DNA from: Octopus vulgaris
Lineage: Eukaryota
Reading direction: 5' to 3'
Assembly (NCBI GenBank): GCA_951406725.2
Contig: OX597836.1
Span: forward strand, 33,294,001 to 33,358,000
DNA length: 64,000 nt
Of this stretch, positions 1 to 12,832 are shown one piece after another. A program made the position numbers and the translations under genes. A model generated the notes under the pieces. That model was not told the origin of the DNA. It worked only from the letters and a program-made list of their open reading frames with translations, and ran no database searches. Each line of letters begins with the position of its first letter. Position 1 is the first letter of the stretch.

Positions 1-78
1 CGGACAAGGATTCTGGATTATTTTTCCATTTCTTTCCTTTTACTTAATTTTTGAGAGTGGTCAGGTTCATTTTTAATA

Positions 79-232
79 TTAGGAAGGGCATCCAACTGTA
101 GAAACTCTGCCAGATCAAGATTGGGGCCTGGTGCAGCCATTTGGTTTGCCAGCCCTCAGTCAAAATCGTCCAACCCATGCTAGCATGTAAAGCGGACGTT
201 AAACGACGACGACGATGATGATGATGATGATG
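79..232 (+). mobile_element. V-domain SINE 3' part with (GAT)n tail (family C)
   Basis: TTAGGAAGGGCATCCA...CCAACCCATGCTAGCATG...GACGTTAAACGA(TGA)n; same sequence recurs many times in the window. Confidence 0.8.
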
Positions 233-323
233 TTGGTGTTGCCTTGGTGGAGATTTATGCTCTTTGAGTGCTTGTTATTACTATTATCATTACTACTATT
301 TTCTCAAACTGTTAGAAATCTTC

Positions 324-414
324 CCCAAATCACATCTTTATCGTCTTAAAATCTCCCAAATCACATCTTTATCGTCTTAAAATCTCCCAAATACCATCTT
401 TATCATCTTAAAAT
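324..414. repeat. 31-bp tandem repeat x3
   Basis: CCCAAATCACATCTTTATCGTCTTAAAATCT starts at 324, 355, 386. Confidence 0.85.
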
Positions 415-904
415 CTGCACAACATATTGGATTAATTTTGTTCCAGATAAACCAAAAGTGATTAGAAATAAAACAAAAGTAGGGATAGTAACGAGATTGA
501 TTTTAAGATTGATTATACATGTCTCTCTCTCCCTCTCTTTATCTGTCTGACAGTTCTATCAAGACTATCCCGGGGTTAAACAACAACAGCAAACAAAAGT
601 CTGATACATGTTATTTTTATTCATAACAATAAACTGAAATTATTTCAGAAAATTTCAAAAGCACTAAGTTAAGAACAAAAATGGCCTCCTGCCACCACAA
701 AAGAAAATAAAAAAAAAAATCCTTGTTAATTCTGTAACAAAGAAATAATACAAACGCAAAAATGATGAGGGGGGAAAAAACAGTAAAATGAAAGATGAAA
801 ACTGTAGGTGTTTTGGGGGTATTTTATTTTTTAATTCATAAATAATTTCAGCTGTTGTAATTTAGTAGAATTAGGTATCACACAATACAAAGGTTAATAA
901 AATA

Positions 905-1015
905 TTTAAAATATATATATATATATATATAAATATATGTATATGTATGTATGTATGTATGTATATATATACACATATATGTATATATATACACATATAT
1001 ATATATATATAATAA

Positions 1016-1079
<64 letters not shown>

Positions 1080-1090
1080 TATAATATATA

Positions 1091-1167
<77 letters not shown>

Positions 1168-1205
1168 ATATATATAATAAATATAATAATAAATATATAT
1201 AATAT

Positions 1206-1297
<92 letters not shown>

Positions 1298-1300
1298 AAA
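905..1300. repeat. (TA)n / poly(A) low-complexity tract
   Basis: Direct; the long A runs inside TA repeats may be consensus artefacts. Confidence 0.9.
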
Positions 1301-2209
1301 AGAAAAGTGAACTTTATAGGAGAGAGTGAGTAAAGTCTTGCAAAGTATGTTTGTTTAAAAAACAAAAAATTCAGGGGTGAATAAAAATAAGATAAAATAA
1401 AAACAAAAGGGAAAAATAATCAACAAAAAAAAATAAATAAAATAAAACACTTCAACTCCGCCAAAAAAAAAAAAAGAAGAACAAAACAAAAAGCAACTAC
1501 AACAGGAGAACAAGAAGATGTTACAAACCTCAGGGTGTAGGCATGAAGTGCGTTTGTGAAATATCTGTTTTAGAACAGGGGGGGAAGGTTTTGGAAAAAA
1601 AAAAAATAAATAAATGGGAGTAGAGGTAGGGAAGAGAAGAAACAAAAGAAAATAGTTTTAAAATAGTTTTTTTAAAAAATGATTAAGTAATTTCAGTTAT
1701 GATAATTAAATTTTTTTTTTTCAAAGAATTTACTCGGATTTTAAAATTTTATTTTCATTTTCATTTTTATTTTTTTGGTTTGAATTAAAAAATTTTACAC
1801 CATGAACAGAGATTTGAAATTGGATGGAATATAAGTGCTAGGGAGAATAGGATCGAGAAGAGGGGCGACATTGTCAGGAATTTGGAGTGGCGATGGCGGA
1901 GGGGGGACGACGACTACTAAGTGGATGGTTGGTTATGCCTGTGATTAGAAGTTGGCTCAAGTGGAATTTTGGACAAAAGAGGAGAAGCAGGCAAGTAGAG
2001 TGTTTGAACTTGGAGCCAAGTGAATTTGTCTGATGGACAGAAATAGGGATTCGTCAGACGAAGGTTCTTGAAATATGGAGAATGTCTGACTTACAGGAGT
2101 GTCTTGTCCAGTGGGGTAACATGTTACGTAGGGCATCTGACTAGGCACTAGCCAAGTAGTGTCAAAGAACTGAAGAAACTGAAGTATACTAGTATGTGTA
2201 GGGGTTAAT

Positions 2210-2860
2210 TGAAGTAGAGGTGTATGACAAGGGGCCAAATCAAGTAAAGTGCATTTCTATGGGCTGAATCAAGAACAGTGTATGATTAGGGTCTAATTCA
2301 AGTAGGGTGTACAACTAGGAGCCCAAATCATGTAGAGCTCAATCAAATACAATGCATGACTAGGGAATGAAACAAGCAAAGTATATTAATAAGGGATTGA
2401 ATTGAGTACAAAATATCATGAGGGACCAAATCAAATAGGATGTATAATTAAGGGCTAACTCCGGTAGAGTGTATGACAAGGGGCTGAATATTGAATCAAG
2501 CAGGGTGTATGACTAAGGGCCGAATCAAAGAGCGTATGACTTGGGGATGAATACAGAATCAAAGAGAGTGTATGACTAAGGGCTGAATCAAACAGCTTAT
2601 GACTTAGGGGATGAATACAGAATCAAGTAGGGTGTTTGACAAGGGGCTGAATACTGAATCAAGTAGGGTGTATGACTAGGGGCTGAATCAAAGTGTATAA
2701 CATGAGGCTGAATCAAAGAGTGTATAACCAAGGGTTGAATCAAAAACAGTGTATGACTAAGGGCTGGACCAGATAGGGTGTATGAGTGGGGACTGATTAA
2801 GCAAAATGGCTAAAGCTGAACACTAAATCAAATGGGATGTATGACCAGGGGGCTAAAAAA
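2210..2860. repeat. Degenerate minisatellite, ~30-40 bp unit
   Basis: Recurrent AATCAAGTAGGGTGTATGACTAGGGGCTG variants. Confidence 0.8.
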
Positions 2861-3280
2861 ATTAGGTAATAAACTAAAAAGGAGAGCTAGAGTCAATTAA
2901 ATATGAAGCATTTATCAAGTTAATACAGAATAGCATCTAAAGACATAACATTGCAGGTTTCAGAAAATGTGTTACCGCTGGTGCTGGTGCAATATGCACT
3001 GTGCAGTAGCTAATGGCAATAGGCATGAGACACGTGGAACTGGCTAAGGTGATGCTGCATGATAAGACAAATGAAAACAGGTGCAATGTGCAGTGGAACA
3101 TACACAAACAGAGTGGTAGATGTGCAGTAATACAGTCGTGTAACATAACAGATTTACTGCAGATTATGAAACAAAAAAAACAGCGTAACATAAAAGAATA
3201 AACAAATACAACAAACTAGTTCATTACACATCTAACAACAGAGCTACTACACACATGTATATGGATGTGCATGCATATAT

Positions 3281-3759
3281 CATCATCATCGTTTAACGTC
3301 CGCTTTCCATGCTAGCATGGGTTGGACGAATGACTGAGGGCTGGCGAACCAGATGACTGCACCAGGCTTCAATCTTGGTCTGGCAGAACTTCTACAGTTG
3401 GATGCCCTTCCTAACGCCAACTACTCCGAGAGTGCAGTGGGTGCTTTTATGTGCCAGTCAGGCGGTATTGGCAATGACCTTGCTTGAATCTTTTACACAT
3501 GCCACTGGCACAGGTGCCAGTAAGGCAATGCTGGTAACAATCACGCTCGAATGGTGCCTTTTACGTGCCACCGGCACGGAGGCCAGATAGCTGCTCTGGT
3601 AACGATCACGGTCAGATGGTGCTCTTAATACCCTACTAGCATGGAGCTTGAGTGCCAGTAAGGTGACACTGGTTACGATCACATTCAAATGGTACCTTTT
3701 AAGTACCACTGGCATGGAAGCCGGTTTGTCGCTCTGTCAATGATCACACTCATATGGTG

Positions 3760-3760
<1 letters not shown>
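3281..3760 (-). mobile_element. V-domain SINE (family C) with internal ~63-bp tandem units
   Basis: (CAT)n-CGTTTAACGTCCGCTTTCCATGCTAGC...GGATGCCCTTCCTAACGCC, then repeated GGTGC(C)TTTTACGTGCCACCGGCAC units. Confidence 0.85.
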
Positions 3761-3794
<34 letters not shown>

Positions 3795-4960
3795 TGTATG
3801 TGATCAGACAAATTCCAAAGAGGCTGGTGTTGGTCTGAGGCAACAAGGTGTGTATATTATAGTAAAACTGATAAAAAGAGGACAGTGAACTTGCCAAAGT
3901 CATTCCCCTTTTATTCTACCCCTTACAGTGTTCTTTTCCCTTACCACTTCTTATTCATGTATGAAGCTTATATGGTTCTATGTTCCCTATCAGTTGCAGC
4001 CAGTCTTTTCAGCTATTTTTTTTTTTTTTATAAACTTAGAGGATGTAAAACTCTGCTGTTTCACATTATTTTTTTTTCCCCCTTTCAATTTAGTCCTGAA
4101 GAATAACTGACCAAAATGTTGGATTTACCACTCCCCATAGCAAATTGCATCTGTGTATATTTCTTTCACATAGATATTGGTCATAGCACCAATTAGTTGT
4201 TGAGCACACTCAGTATATGCACACACACACACACACACACACACATTATTGAGGTAAATAATGCAGTATTCTGGGTTCTAACACGACATCCACTTTAAGT
4301 TGGAGATAAATATACACACACATACACACATATATATATTATGTGTAGATATGCACACCACTTTCACATCACAAAGACTCAAGTTACTGGTGAGGTACAA
4401 AAGTTGAAAGGAAAAAGTTTTAGTTATAAATATAACTATGCAAAAACAACATAGTTTTGAATAAATGAATATACTCTACCACATGTACTGAGTACATTTT
4501 CCTTGGCAGCAAATTATTCAAATACGCACATGTGCACATACATGGTGAGAAAGAGAGAAAGAGGCAGAGAGAGAGACCAACATACCAACGTGTGTGTGTT
4601 TGCCTGAGAGAGAGAGTGTTTGTGTGTATGATATTGATGGTAATAAGCTTTCAAATTTCACACAAGCATCAAAAGCACCCACCCCCAAACCTACGAAGGG
4701 AAGAAGAAGAGATTGATAGAATCAAGATTTGTTTCTTGCCCTTGAACTGATTGTAAACAAATGTAAACACGGCAATACCACACACAAACACACACACACA
4801 CGCACACATACACACACGCACCAATGCACAAAGGTATACAAGGATATACAAAAATGTTCCACCCCGACCCATGTATTTCTATGAACATACGCATAAACAT
4901 AAGAGAGAAGAAAAACATATAAAATAAATAATAATAATAATGATGATAATGATGATGATG

Positions 4961-4992
<32 letters not shown>

Positions 4993-5510
4993 CATAATGA
5001 AACTGTTAAGAGGCCAGCTGGGAATTGAACCTGTGAGCTTGCTCCGGTTAATAAACACATATTTATCCTTTATTCACACATATGCATGTAAGTAAATAGA
5101 TTCTGTGTCAGCTTTGATGCATGAGTATTCCAGTTGTGTGATCAATAGCGCTACAAGGAAAACAACAACTTTTACAGAATGGTAATGGACTCTGAAGACA
5201 AATAGGTAGTAGAGGAAGCACACTGATATGAAGTCTAGCAGAAAAAAAAAAAAGAAAAAAAGATATGGTATAAGTAATGTAGTCTTCTATTCTTTTACAC
5301 GTTTCAGTAATTTGACTGCAGCCATGCTGGAGCACCGCCTCGAAGGACTTTTTTGTCAAAGAAGTTGATCCCAGGTCTTATTCTTCGTAAGCCTAGTATT
5401 TATTCTATCAGCCTCCTTTGCTGAACCACTAAGTTACAGAAACATAACTATACCAACATCGCTTGTCAAGCAGTGATGAGACACAAGCACACACAGATAT
5501 ATATATATAT

Positions 5511-5630
5511 CTGTAGAAGAGCGTAGGCTCGAAACGTAAAAGACTTTTTATATTCCTGAGCGTTATACTAATACATCTGTTTGTTTTGTACACCACCTGT
5601 CTTCGTCTTTTGTTTTTTTCGTAAACTCTC

Positions 5631-5633
<3 letters not shown>
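5511..5633 (+). mobile_element. Penelope-like pLTR fragment with HHR-like motif (CUGUAGA core variant)
   Basis: CTGTAGA-A-GAGC-GTAG-GCTC-GAAA-CG-TA-AAAG; homologous copy at 54339-54600 (-); embedded in (TA)n. Confidence 0.6.
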
Positions 5634-5678
<45 letters not shown>

Positions 5679-5844
5679 TATATATATATATGGGAAAAAA
5701 AACTACTTTTATCCATAGGCTGAAACAGCTGTAAGAGTGATTTTAATGATTCCAATAATTTATATTAAGATTTTTATAATTGTATTCAAATGACTGAAAC
5801 AAGTAAGAGTATTCACATCATTGGTAATGCATACATAGTTCAAA

Positions 5845-6213
5845 ACTTAGTATGCTTCCCAACCACATGGTTCTGGGTTCAGTCCCACTGTGTGACATCT
5901 TGGGGAGGTATTCTCTACTATAGCCCTCAGGCAGGCCAAAACCTTGTGAGTGAATTTGGTAGACAGAAACTGAAAGAAGCCCAAAGTGTGTGTGTGTTCA
6001 TTTACCGTTGCCAGTGTTATGTCAATGGCACCTGTGAAGCCATAGATGTGGTTGTCACCGGTGACGTGTAAAAAACATCTTTTTACAATCTTGTAGTGGT
6101 TGGTGTTAGGAAGGGCATCTAGCTGTAGAAACCAAGCCAAATCAGTCTGGAACCTGGTACAGCTCTCCAGCTGTCCAACCCATGCCAGCATGGAAAATGG
6201 ACATTAAATGATA
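5845..6213 (+). mobile_element. Diverged SINE: tRNA/CORE head joined to V-domain 3' part
   Basis: GGTTCAGTCCC B box, family A body, then GGTTGGTGTTAGGAAGGGCATC and GACATTAAATGAT tail. Confidence 0.7.
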
Positions 6214-6294
6214 ATATATATATATACATGAATTTTTTGCATAATGAGATAAAAAAAACCAAGGCTGTATAGATATTAGAGCATTTATAGATAG

Positions 6295-6346
6295 GTCTTA
6301 CAGCTGTTTCTAGGATATTAATTAATAATATTCCTTCATCAGAGAC
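6295..6346 (-). ncRNA. Minimal type I hammerhead ribozyme, canonical core (PLE-associated)
   Basis: Minus: GTCT-CTGATGA-AGGAATATTA-TTAAT-TAATATCCT-A-GAAA-CAGCTG-TA-AGAC; stem I GTCT/AGAC, palindromic stem III ACAGCTGT, GUA cleavage triplet. Confidence 0.8.
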
Positions 6347-7249
6347 AGTGTGAGAGGAAAAATTAAGTTATAGTTAGTTTCGATGTGATACAAATAGAGA
6401 GTGAGGTGGAGGAAAGAAAATAGATGTAAGATATGTATGGTTATTGAGTTCATAAATCCATTTTATAGGCATAATGGTATATATGTGTAATTATCCAATA
6501 TCCTTTGAGTAAAATCCAAAAGTCCAGCAGAGTTTAATATGAATCCATCCAGATGTAAAGTTTATAAGCAATGTTAAGCAATGTAAGATTCTCTTAAAGT
6601 TGGTCATTCCCAGTAGGGAATTTATATAGAATGTAAAATATATACATGTATATATGTGTGTCTGTGTCTCTGTTTATTTCCCACCATTGATTGACAACCG
6701 GTGTTGGTGTGTTTACATAAATATGACTTAGTGGTTCGGCAAAAGGAACTGATGGAATAAGTACGAGAACTGGTCTTAAAAAGAAAATAAGTGCTGGGGT
6801 CAATAAAATTCCTTGAGGTGGTGCCCCAGCATGGCCAAAATCCAATGACTGAAACAAGTAAAAGATTAAAAGATTGTGTGTGTACGTGTGTCTTTGTCCC
6901 TCACCACTGATTACTGGGATCGATGTGGTTGACTAAAAATCCTTCAAAGCAGTGCCCCAGGATGGCCCCTGTCCAATGACTAAAACAAGTGAACGGTAAA
7001 AGATTCTCAGAAAAGATCTGAGGCTCACAACGAGTGCCTCATTGGCCCACCTGTTGCTGCCCCAGCTGAACCATAGAACAGAATGGTGAATTTCTACAAC
7101 TCCAACAACCAATACCACCATGAACCATCAAAAAAGGAGCTATTATGTGGTCACATGGTCAGCTAGAAATAGCAGTGAAATTTACCTCGAATTGCATTCT
7201 ACTGTCTCTAACCCTTTAGCATTCAGATTATTCTGTCAAATGTAAGGGT

Positions 7250-7559
7250 AAAGAACCCCTTCGGTCATGAAGGACCACTGGATTGCACCTAGTCTGAGGC
7301 AAGGTTGTTAATGGAAGACCAGCAGTCGCCCGTGCGTACCAACCTCCTCTCTCCATTCCTGATATTATCCAAAGAAAGGCAAAGCGGCCGATACAGCTTG
7401 GCACCTGTGACGTCGCAACTCATTTCTACAGATGAGTGAACTGGAGCAACGTGAAATAAAGTGTCTTGCTCAAGAACACAACACATAGCCTGATCTGGAA
7501 ATGGAACTCACTACTTCATGACTGTGAGCCTGATGTGCTTACCATGATCCATGCGCCTT
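7250..7559 (-). mobile_element. tRNA-derived CORE-type SINE (family E)
   Basis: Minus TGTGTTGTGTTCTTGAGCAAGACACTTTA; second copy 16766-17099. Confidence 0.8.
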
Positions 7560-7634
7560 TATTTATTCACATTGTTTTGAATTAATCATGCATTATCTGA
7601 TAGCTTCGAAATTTTGATATGATTTTTTTTTTTT

Positions 7635-8010
7635 TTTTACTTGTTACAGTCATTTGACTGCGGCCATGCTGGAGCACCACCTTTAATCGAGCAACTCGAC
7701 CCCGGGACTTATTCTTTGTAAGCTCAGTACTTATTCTATCAGTCTCTTTTGCCGAACCGCTAAGTGACGGGGACGTAAACACACCAGCATCGGTTGTCAA
7801 GCAATGCTAGGGGGACAAACACAGACACACAAACATATACATATATACGACAGGCTTCTTTCAGTTTCCGTCTACCAAATCCACTCACAAGGCTTTGGTC
7901 GGCCCGAGGCTATAGTAGAAGACACTTGCCCAAGGTGCCACGCAGTGGGACTGAACCCGGAACCATGTGGTTGGTAAACAAGCTACCTACCACACAGCCA
8001 CTCCTGCGCC
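7635..8010 (-). mobile_element. tRNA-derived CORE-type SINE (family A), full length
   Basis: GGCGCAGGAGTGGCTGTGTGG A box, GGGTTCAGTCCC B box, CCTTGGGCAAGT core, GAAACAAGTAAAA-type tail; TATGATT on both flanks. Confidence 0.9.
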
Positions 8011-8259
8011 TATGATTGTATACTTTTAGAATGACATTGTAGGGTAGGTGTGAGAGGTCGGATCTAGCTGGTTTGAGCATAAACAAGTTGAATATTTGGG
8101 CCGGATATGGCCGGTAGGGTTAAATAAAAGCCAAAAAGAAAAGGAACTCATTGGATATTGTCCTTTCCAGGTTCCTTACATTGAAAATAAGATGGGATGG
8201 TCACAGCTGGAAGGCTTTTGATCACAGGTTTGGTCTATTTAGACAGGATCTACCTAAAG

Positions 8260-8860
8260 CTAAACTACCAACATCAGCACCACTGCTGCCATCATCACAA
8301 CTATCATCATTATGGTTAGCTTCAGTTCATACCACCACCCCCAACTGCAACCTCTACTGTCACGACTATTACCACCACCACCACCACCACCACCAACTGC
8401 AATATCCATTATCACTACTACCACAACCACCACTGGCACAATTACCACCATCACAACCACCACACAACTGCAACCTCTACTGCCACAACTACTACCACCA
8501 CCACAACCATCAACCATCCTCAGGTCACCGTAGATAACACACATTCTTTTCAGCAATGGCTTACCACCACCACCACCACCACTACTACTACAAGCACTAC
8601 TCTTATTACCAACACTACTTGCTACCTTGACAACAACAATCACACCACCACTACAAATACCACCTTAATAACAACAACCACCATCACTGCTACAAAAATA
8701 CAAGCACCACCACTACCATTATCACCAGTACCCAACTACTACTACTACTACCACCACAACCACAACTATCATTACTATTCCTACCACTGGTGCTACCACC
8801 ACCACCATAAACCCTGCTACAAAAACTAAGAAACAATACTACCACTGCTACTACTACTTT
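8260..8860. repeat. Degenerate (CAC/CTA/CAA)n low-complexity tract
   Basis: Direct. Confidence 0.85.
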
Positions 8861-9157
8861 TAAATTAGTGTAGCCGGCTGACAATAGTAATCAATATTGT
8901 GCGTGCATGTATAGGTGGGTGTTCATGTATGTATAATTGTGTGTGTGTGTGTGTGTGTGTGTGTTTGTGTGTGTGTGAGAGAGAGAAGGGGGAAGGCTCA
9001 AGAGGTAGAACAATGTTATTATCCTCATTGTTGTTATTATCATTATCATCATCATTATTTGGGGTAAATAAATTAAGTACCAGTTACATACTGGGGTCGA
9101 TCTAATCGACTGCCCCCCTCCCCCAAAATTTCAGGCCTTGTGCCTGTAGTAGAAAGG

Positions 9158-9207
<50 letters not shown>

Positions 9208-9302
9208 CATGGCACCTTGGGCAAGAGTCTTCTACTGTAGCCTTGGGCCGAACAAAGCCTTGTGAGTGGATTAGGTATATGGAAACTGAAAGAAGCCTGT
9301 CG

Positions 9303-9337
<35 letters not shown>

Positions 9338-9549
9338 CTGTCTGTGTTTGTCCCCCCCCCAACATCGCTTGACAACCGATGCTGGTGTGTATACGTCCCC
9401 GTAACTTAGCGGTTCGGCAAAAGAGACTGATAGAATAAGTACTAGGCTTACAAAGAATAAGACCTGGGGTTGATTTGATCGACTATAGGCGGTGCTCCAG
9501 CACGGCCACAGTCAAGTGACGGAAACAAGTAAAAGAATAATCATCATTA

Positions 9550-9580
<31 letters not shown>

Positions 9581-9975
9581 GGCGCAGGAGTAGCTGTGTG
9601 GTAAGTAGCTTGCTAACCAGCCACATGGTTCTGTGTTCAGTCCCACTGCGTGGCACCTTGGGCAAGTGTCTTCTGCTATAGCCCCGGGCTGACCAATGCC
9701 TTGTGAGTGGATTTGGTAGACGGAAACTGAAAGAAGCCTGTCGTATATATGTATATACATATATGTGTATGTGCGTGTTTGTGTTTGTCCCCCCAACATC
9801 GCTTGACAACCGATGCTAGTGTGTATACGTCCCCGTAACTTAGCGGTTTGGCAAAAGAGACCGATAGAATAAGTACTAGGCTTACAAAGAATAAGACCTG
9901 GGGTTGATTTGTTCGACTGAAGGCGGTGCTCCAGCACGGCCACAGTCAAGTGACGGAATCAAGTAAAAGGAATAA
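9208..9975 (+). mobile_element. Two tandem family A SINEs (5'-truncated 9208-9540; full 9581-9975) in (ATT)n
   Basis: Match to family A; both share diagnostic variants (GTGTATACG, AAGACCTGGG, CACGGCCAC) and the same 3' flank, suggesting local duplication. Confidence 0.9.
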
Positions 9976-10160
9976 ATCATCATTAATTATTATCATTATT
10001 ATTATTATTATTATTATTATAAGATTGAAAACAAAGCCTGGCCACACACACACAGTATTGTCAGATAGTTCCCTCTCCAACAGACCATCCCTCTTGCTGC
10101 CACTGCGATGATCCTCCTCCTCCTCTCCTTCGCCTCATCATCAACTAACTAACATCCACT

Positions 10161-10174
10161 ATTACCATGGCAAC
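10161..10174. promoter_or_regulatory. RFX X-box-like palindrome
   Basis: ATTACCATGGCAAC versus consensus GTTNCCATGGNAAC; extra GTTGC/GCAAC half-sites within 200 bp. Confidence 0.35.
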
Positions 10175-10639
10175 CTTACAGATTTTTACACACAATGGCG
10201 AGAAAGAAAGAATAGCTTGCATGCAACAAGAGTTGCTTGGCAAAAAAAACCAACAAAAACAAAACACCCACCCTCACCAGTGCCCCCCCCCCCCCCCGGG
10301 CTGCACTCTTCCCACCTGCATCACCACCACCAACAACAACAACAACAACAAGAGTTGCTTGCAAAAAAACAAACAAAAAAAAACACCCACCCCTCACCTG
10401 TGTTAACCCCCCCCCCCGCCACACTCTTCCCACCTGCATCTGCATCACCATCACCACCACCACCATCACCGCCGAACTCCAACTTGCTGCTGCAATAATG
10501 CAAACCTGCAAGCAACAGTCGTCACAGATGCAAGCCCGGCTGCAGTCAGTGGCATTTGCGAAAAACGGCAAATTGCGACTTCCATGCTGCCATTTCCGAA
10601 AGCAAAACTCCTTAATTAACAACAACAAGTGTTAACAAA

Positions 10640-11710
10640 TAGTAGCAGTAGTAGTAGTAGTAGTAGTATTAGCGGTGGTGGCGGTAGTAGTTGCAGGGTT
10701 GTGAGGTTTGTAGTAGTAGTAGTAGAAGCGGTAGTTGTGGTGGTGGTGGCGGTAGTAGCTGCAGGGTTGTGAGGTTTGTAGTAGTAGTAGAAGCGGTAGT
10801 TGTGGTGGTGGTGGCGGTAGTAGCTGCAGGGTTGTGAGGTTTGTAGTAGTAGTAGTAGTAGAAGCGGTAGTTGTGGTGGTGGTGGCAGTAGTAGCTGCAG
10901 GGTTGTGAGGTTTGTAGTAGTAGTAGTAGTAGAAGCGGTAGTTGTGGTGGTGGTGGTGGCGGTAGTAGCTGCAGGGTTGTGAGGTTTGTAGTAGTAGTAG
11001 TAGGAAGCGGTAGTTGTGGTGGTGGTGGCGGTAGTAGCTGCAGGGTTGTGAGGTTTGTAGTAGTAGTAGTAGTAGAAGCGGTAGTTGTGGTGGTGGTGGC
11101 GGTAGTAGTTGCAGGGTTGTGAGGTTTGTAGTAGTAGTAGTAGAAGCGGTAGTTGTGGTGGTGGTGGCGGTAGTAGTCGCAGGGTTGTGAGTATTGTAGT
11201 AGTGGTAGTAGTAGTAGTAGTAGCAGTAGTGTTGGCACTGGTAATAGTTGCATGGTTGTGAGGCTAGTAGCAGTAATGGTGGTGGTGGTGGCAGTGGTAA
11301 TAGTTGAGTAGTGGCATGGTTGTGAGATTAGTGGTGGTGGTAGTGCTAATAGCTGCATAGTTGTGAGGGTAGTAGTAGTAGCGGTGGTGGTGGTTCCAGT
11401 GGTAGCAGTTGCATGATTGTGAGGTTAGTAATAGTGGCGGTAATAGTAGTTATATAGTACCAGTGTAGAAGTGGTAGTAGTAGTAGTAATTGCATGGTGG
11501 TTGTGGTTGTAGTGTTAGTGATAATCATAGTACAGGTAGCAGTGGTGGTTGTGGTATTTGTAGTATCAGAAGTGGCCGTAGTGGAAGCAGTGGTTGTGGC
11601 GACAGTGTAGCTGTGGGTTGTAGTGGTAGTGGTGAGAACAGCAAGTGGTTGTCATGGTGGTAACAATTAGTGGTAGTACCGGTAGTCTCAGTTGTAGTAG
11701 TAGCAGCAGC
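10640..11710. repeat. ~65-75 bp minisatellite built from GTA/GTG triplets, decaying rightwards
   Basis: GCAGGGTTGTGAGGTTT(GTA)nGAAGCGGTAGTT(GTG)nGCGGTAGTAG about 8 times, then degenerate. Confidence 0.9.
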
Positions 11711-11981
11711 CATTCAAGAATTTGGACCTGGAGATCTCCATTTCCAGCGACTTCAAGGGCCACCTCCCAGTGGTGTCGGGTGTCAACGAAGAGCCCTCGA
11801 CTATAACAAGATGACCAAAGTTTTATTTTTCGCCAAGGTCTGGGGTCTCCCGCCCCTAAGCCCTAGACCTTCACCCTTACCCGTCTTGTTGCTTAACAAC
11901 AACAACAACAGCAGTAAAGGGGGCCTTTACTTTTTTTTTATATAATTTAATTATTAACCTATATAATACATATATATATAT

Positions 11982-12019
<38 letters not shown>

Positions 12020-12059
12020 CACGTTAGTGGTTAGAGTGTCAGAGAAACATGAATCAGTT

Positions 12060-12832
12060 AAGGCGGCGAGCTGGCAGAAACGTTAGCACGCCGGGCGAAA
12101 TGCTTAGCGGTATTTCGTCTTCTGTTACGTTCTGAGTTCAAATTCCGCCGAGGTAGACATTGCCTTTCATCCTTTCGGGGTCAATAAATAAAGTACCAGT
12201 TATGCACTGGGGGTCGATGTAATCGACTTAATCCTTTTGTCTGTCCTTGTTTGTCCTCTCTGTGTTTAGCCCCTTGTGGATAGTAAAGAAATAGGTATTT
12301 CGTCTGCTGTTATGTTCTGAGTTCAAATTCCGCCGAGGTCGACTTTGCCTTTCATCCTTTTGGGGTCAATAAATAAAGTACCAGTTATGCACTGGGGTTG
12401 ATGTAATCGACTTAATCCCTTTGTCTGTCCTTGTTTGTCCCCTCTGTGTTTAGCCCCTTGTGGGTAATAAAGAAATAGGTATTTCGTCTGCTGTTACGTT
12501 CTGAGTTCAAATTCCGCCGAGGTAGACTTTGCCTTTCATCCTTTTGGGGTCAATAAATAAAGTACCAGTTATGCACTGGGGTTGATGTAATCGACTTAAT
12601 CCCTTTGTCTGTCCTTGTTTGTCCCCTCTGTGTTTAGCCCCTTGTGGGTAATAAAGAAATAGGTATTTCGTCTGCTGTTACGTTCTGAGTTCAAATTCCG
12701 CTGAGGTCGACTTTGCCTTTCATCCTTTTGGGGTCAATAAATAAAGTACCAGTTATGCACTGGGGTCGATGTAATCGACTTAATCCTTTTGTCTGTCCTT
12801 GTTTGTCCCCTTGTGGGCAATAAAGAAATAAG
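12060..12832 (+). mobile_element. Meta-domain SINE (family B) tandem multimer: one head plus 4 bodies
   Basis: GGCGGCGAGCTGGCAGAA head; units with GTCGACTTTGCCTTTCATCCTTT(C/T)GGGGTC start at ~12109, 12294, 12478, 12662. Confidence 0.9.

Larger units (their letters stand above)
7208..8123. mobile_element. piggyBac-type MITE split by two nested SINEs
   Basis: AACCCTTTAGCATT start and GGGTTAA end; internal sequence matches 18996-19207 and 52930-53169. Confidence 0.7.

Noticed and set aside
871-1365. Long ORFs over (TA)n/(CA)n/(GATA)n tracts (also 29976-30572, 43740-44481, 59238-59915)
   Set aside because: Stop-free microsatellite translations (YIYI, CVCV, LSIY); no coding signal.
2970-3030. 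miR-92-like seed TATTGCAC on the minus strand
   Set aside because: There is no complementary arm to form a pre-miRNA.
5104-5156. CAGCTTTGATG resembling the miR-2 3' part, in a weak hairpin
   Set aside because: The seed TATCACAG is absent and pairing is poor.
7794-8015. Recurrent ORFs such as RQASFSFRLPNPLTRLWSARGYSRRHLPK
   Set aside because: Antisense translations of family A SINE, not a protein family.
10669-11358. 229-aa mucin-like T/P-rich ORF
   Set aside because: It is the translation of a frame-rotating triplet minisatellite, with no credible start or splice context.
11705-11815. Complex, coding-looking segment (PFKNLDLEISISSDFKGHLPVVSGVNEE)
   Set aside because: It is bounded by stops, lacks convincing splice sites and has no recognisable homology.
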